From the UHGV virus genome UHGV-0037043: a DNA stretch of 42,524 bases. One strand, written 5' to 3'. Under the pieces are notes generated by a model. That model ran no database searches. It had not been told where the DNA came from and worked only from the letters and a program-made list of their open reading frames with translations. The first letter of the stretch is position 1. Each line of letters begins with the position of its first letter. Positions 41,807-42,524 of the stretch are shown piece after piece. This DNA is from a virus. A program made the position numbers and the translations under genes.

Positions 41807-42301
41807 GTGGTAGAGGGGTACGCCTTAAAGTTTAACAAAGAATCACGTGACTTAGGTGGATTTGTTGAAACTATTGCACCAGATGCACTAGATGGTGTAG
41901 ATTTGACAGATGTACGTTGTTTCTTAAACCATGACTCTACCAAACTATTAGGGCGCACCTCAAGTGGTACTTTGGAGTTAAATGTGGATGATATTGGACT
42001 ACATTTCAGATGCACACTACCTAACACAAGTACTGGGCGTGATGCTATGGAGTTAGTAAAACGTGGAGATTTAAACCAATGCTCCTTTGGTTTCACAGTA
42101 GCAAACCACAAATGGACAAAAGATGATGGAATTATGAAACGCTCAATTAATAAAATTAAATCTTTACTAGAGATTTCATTAGTATCAATTCCAGCATATG
42201 ATGATACAGATGTTCGTGTTGCTACACGTTCATTAGAAGAAGTAGTCAACGAATTAGAAAAAGAGCAATTAGAGATTGAATTGGAGTTGTTGGGCTTGTG
42301 A
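41807..42301 (+). CDS. Prohead protease (HK97/U35 family). GTG start assumed; the alternative ATG 41750 overlaps the portal.
   Basis: VVEGYALKFN...RDLGGFVETIAP...FLNHD...LGRTSSG matches the HK97 prohead protease signature. Confidence 0.75.
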   Translation: MVEGYALKFNKESRDLGGFVETIAPDALDGVDLTDVRCFLNHDSTKLLGRTSSGTLELNVDDIGLHFRCTLPNTSTGRDAMELVKRGDLNQCSFGFTVANHKWTKDDGIMKRSINKIKSLLEISLVSIPAYDDTDVRVATRSLEEVVNELEKEQLEIELELLGL

Positions 42302-42328
42302 TTTACAGCCCACAACCTCAATTATGTG

Positions 42329-42337
42329 TGATATAAT
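42329..42337 (+). promoter_or_regulatory. Extended -10 promoter TGTGATATAAT upstream of the delta-domain/capsid gene.
   Basis: Direct reading. Confidence 0.4.
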
Positions 42338-42370
42338 TAAAACAGAAAGCTAGTGAAGGAGTGAGATTAC

Positions 42371-42524
42371 TTGAATCGTGAAGAACAGATTAAAAAAGCA
42401 CAAGACTTATTATCAGATGGTAAATTTGAAGAGGCTCGCAGTTTAGTTGAAGCTATTAAGAAACATGATGCTGAACAAGAACCAGAAGTTAAAGAACCAG
42501 AAGTTAAAGAACCAGAAGTTAAAG
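42371..42524 (+). CDS. 5' segment of the capsid gene: N-terminal delta/scaffolding-like domain (TTG start after AAGGAG RBS). It continues in frame across the circular junction into 1..1055.
   Basis: Open frame LNREEQIKKAQDLLSDGKFEEARSLVEAIKKHDAEQ(EPEVK)n has no stop before the window end. Codon phase (42524,1,2)=GAA joins exactly to the frame of the ATG at 117. It lies directly downstream of the prohead protease, as HK97-type delta domains do. Confidence 0.55.
   Translation, partial: MNREEQIKKAQDLLSDGKFEEARSLVEAIKKHDAEQEPEVKEPEVKEPEVK
42479..42524 (+). repeat. 15-bp tandem repeat GAACCAGAAGTTAAA (encodes EPEVK), 3 copies at the window end; contiguous with the copies at 1..77.
   Basis: Direct reading. 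The repeat spans the assembly junction, so true copy number is uncertain. Confidence 0.9.

Noticed and set aside
1-42524. Search for tRNA genes, CRISPR arrays, integrase, CI/Cro-like repressors and attachment sites.
   Set aside because: No tRNA-like T-arm/acceptor patterns, no spaced direct-repeat array, no tyrosine/serine recombinase and no HTH repressor were recognised. The genome is therefore read as virulent, but this is a negative result from reading by eye only.

Overview
The window reads as a complete ~42.5 kb cos-type siphovirus genome (~34% GC) from a low-GC Gram-positive host, probably Lactobacillales-like, assembled as a circle and opened inside the capsid gene. Both ends of the window lie in the same 15-bp tandem repeat, and one ORF runs in frame across the junction. 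Rightward (+) module, left to right: small ORFs, cos-linked HNH, cos region, terS, a ~600-nt GC-rich ORF-less transcription unit, terL, portal, prohead protease, delta-domain/major capsid, connector, head closure, neck, major tail, G/T chaperones with a -1 frameshift, tape measure, HNH, Dit, Tal, RBP, XhlA-like, holin, amidase endolysin. Leftward (-) early/replication module (14951..34704): NrdH-like redoxin plus a truncated GH13 glucosidase moron, HNH, family B DNA polymerase, TM2-domain and other small proteins, an SSB-like protein with an acidic C-terminal tail, MBL-fold hydrolase, Prim-Pol, SNF2 helicase, VRR-NUC, D5-like primase-helicase, and many small paralogous ORFs. At least 11 near-identical sigma-A-type promoter/5'UTR cassettes (TTGACA-17-TATACT) drive the leftward module. 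Rightward genes use extended -10 promoters (TGnTATAAT, often the 12-mer aTATGCTATAAT), mostly paired with intrinsic terminators. Strand switches are a convergent bidirectional terminator at ~14900 and a divergent, repeat-rich putative origin at 34766..35280. I recognised no integrase or repressor, which points to a virulent lifestyle (inference); no tRNA or CRISPR array is evident. All calls rest on motif-level reading of the supplied translations; no database searches were run.
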